A stretch of 64,000 bases of DNA from the NCBI GenBank assembly GCA_030390025.1, contig CM059432.1, positions 102,054,001 to 102,118,000 of the forward strand, read 5' to 3'. This DNA comes from Squalus acanthias. Taxonomy: Eukaryota. This document shows, piece after piece, positions 62,701 through 64,000 of the stretch. Both the position numbers and the translations under genes were made by a program. Below the pieces are notes generated by a model that saw only the letters and a list, made by a program, of their open reading frames with translations, did no database searches and had not been told where the DNA came from. The stretch's first letter is position 1; each line of letters starts with the position of its first letter.

Positions 62701-63166
62701 TTCCCGATGACGGGTGAGACTAGAACTAGGGGACATAGTCTTAGAATAAGGGGCTGCTCTTTCAAAACTGAGATGAGGAGGAACTACTTCACTCAGAGGG
62801 TGGTAGGTCCATGGAATATGCTGCCACAAAAAGCTGTAGAAGCTACATCATTAAATAAATTTAAAACAGAAATAGACAGTTTCCTAGAAGTAAAGGGCAT
62901 TAAGGGTTACGGGGAGCGGGCAGGAATTTGGACATGAGTCTAGGTTCGGATCGGTCATGGCCCTGTGGGTAGTGGAGCGGGCCCAGGGACCGTGTAGCCT
63001 GATTCTGCTCCTATTTCGTGTGTGCAATTCTGTTAGATGCAGGAGATGGTTCTGTGATAGATAGTAGATTGGCGGTTAGGATCAGATCAGCCATGATCTT
63101 ATTGAATGGCGGAGCAGGCTCGAGGGGCCGATTGGCCTACTCCTGCTCCTATTTCTTATGTTCTTA
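59761..63166 (+). mobile_element. Young CR1 (end of ORF1, complete ORF2, 3'UTR)
   Basis: TSD TGTTAA (59755-60, 63167-72). The ORF1 esterase end runs to ~59943, with a (TTCTTATG)n tail. Confidence 0.92.
59986..62937 (+). CDS. CR1 ORF2: AP-endonuclease plus reverse transcriptase, 983 aa, uninterrupted
   Basis: YLNARS, ITETW, YRPP, GDFN and SDH (endonuclease); KSPGPDG, QHGF, LDFQKAFD, GVPQGSVLGP and FADD (RT). Confidence 0.97.
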   Translation: MTTERVIDIGSSRGITNQSVAGRDRVCGVKGKVVKSEKAGTKCHKAYLKVLYLNARSIRNKIDELMAQITTYGYDIVAITETWLQGDNAWELNIPGYLTIRKDRQEGRGGGVAMLIKEGITVIQSNNIGSKNHDNETVWVEIRNNKGKKTLVGVVYRPPNSCNSVGRSINQEIVEACNKGTSIIMGDFNYHINWTNQMGQGCLEDEFIECIRDGFLEQYVTEPTRGQATLDLVLCNETGLIKNVLVKDPLGMSDHNMVEFHIQLEGEKVGSQTSVLSLNKGDYEGMRAELSRVDWENRLKGKTTHDQWCTFKELFYNFQKKYIPLKRKGCKRKDSHPWLSKEIKDSIRLKTRAYKVAKSSGRTEDWENFKRQQKITKRLIKKGKIDYESKLAKNIKTDSKSFYSYIKRKRVAKVNVGPLEDETGKLMVGNMEMAKTLNEYFVSVFTVEDTKNIPTLEKQGAIGGEELNTIKITKEVVRSKIMGLKADKSPGPDGLHPRVLKEVAVGIVDALVIIFQNSLDSAKVPADWKTANVTPLFKKGSRQKAGNYRLVSLTSVVGKILESIIKETVTGHLDNHNLIGQSQHGFTKGKSCLTNLLEFFEEVTYRVDKGEPVDVVYLDFQKAFDKVPHKRLLLKVKNHRIGGNILAWIEDWLSNRKQRVGINGSFSDWQSVTSGVPQGSVLGPQLFTIYINDLEEGTKCNISKFADDTQMGGKVVSEEDIKNLQGDIDRLSKWAEIWQMEYNTGKCEVMHFGRKNPRAIYYLNGKKLESTEVQRDLGVLVHETQKVSMQVQQVIKKANGMLAFIARGIEYKNREVLLQLYKVLVRSHLEYCIQFWCPYLRKDILALEAVQKRFTRLIPGMRGWSYEERLGRLGLYSLEFRRMRGDLIETYKIVKGLDRVDAGRMFPMTGETRTRGHSLRIRGCSFKTEMRRNYFTQRVVGPWNMLPQKAVEATSLNKFKTEIDSFLEVKGIKGYGERAGIWT

Positions 63167-64000
63167 TGTTAATAAGGGATGAGATCAGTGCAGTAATGAG
63201 GAATGATATTGGCCTAGAAGATCAAGACGTAGAATCAGTTTGGGTGGAGATAAGAAATAATAAGGATAAGAAGTTACTGGTGGGAGTGGTCTACAGGCCC
63301 CCAAACAGTAGCCACACTATAGGACAGAGTATAAATCAAGAAATAATAGAGGCTTGTAAGAAAGGTACAGCTATCATGGGAGATTTTAATCTTCATATTG
63401 ATTGGACAAAGCAAATTGGCAAAGGTAGACTTGAGGAAGAGTTCTTAGAGTGTATGCGGGATGGTTTCTTGGAACAATACGTTGTGGAACCAACCAGGGA
63501 GAAGACTATTTTAGATCTGGTAATGTGTAATGAGGCTGGATTAATTAATGATCTCTAAGTGAAGGATCCTCTTGGGAAGAGTGATCATAGCATGGTAGAA
63601 TTTCAAATTCAGTTTGAGGGTGAGAAAGCTAGGTCTCAAACTAGTGTCCTGAACTTAAACAAAGGTAATTACAAAGGTATGAAGGCAGACTTGGTTAAAG
63701 TGGACTGGGAAAATATATTACAGGGTAAGACTATAGAAAAGCAGTGACAAACATTTAAGGAGATATTTCATAACTCTCAGCAAAAATATATTCCAGTGAG
63801 AAAGAAAGACTCTAAGAGAACTATGAACCATCTGTGGCTAAGGAAGTAAAGGATGGTATCAAATTGAAAACAAAGGCATACAATGTTGCAAAGAATAGTG
63901 GAAGGCCAGAGGATTGGGAAATGTTTAAAAACCAGCAAAGGATGACTAAAAAAATGATAAAGAGAGAGAAGATAGCTTATGAGAGTAAGCTAGCAAGAAA

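Larger units (their letters stand above)
59445..64000 (+). mobile_element. Older CR1 ORF2 (59445-59760 and 63167-64000) split by a younger CR1
   Basis: LYLNACSIHNKIDEL...GGVAL| continues as LIRDEISAV...GDFN after the insert. It contains stop codons. Confidence 0.85.

Overview
This is vertebrate DNA, most likely from a cartilaginous fish (shark-like), inferred from the repeat families. It is dominated by nested transposable elements, and I could not name any host gene. Main contents: (1) many CR1 LINEs, including an apparently full-length 11.9-kb nested copy (15290-27170) and a young copy with an uninterrupted 983-aa ORF2 (59986-62937); (2) an L2 LINE with matching Deu-domain SINEs, a second CR1-group LINE family, and Penelope-like elements with hammerhead-ribozyme cores; (3) a decayed two-gene Harbinger/PIF transposon (30398-34193), many Harbinger-type MITEs with 3-bp TSDs, and two hAT MITEs with 8-bp TSDs; (4) two different LTR elements. 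The most unusual object is an LTR element (about 42390-50650) with no recognisable gag or pol. It carries two tandem, highly diverged paralogues of a foamy-virus-like Env C-terminal/transmembrane region, followed by a polypurine tract and a ~1.65-kb TGTAA...TTACA LTR with a repeat/hairpin array. A second LTR has a tRNA-Arg primer-binding site and shares an internal segment with the first element. A few weak minus-strand exon candidates suggest the window may be intronic. All family assignments come from motif recognition by eye; no database search was run.
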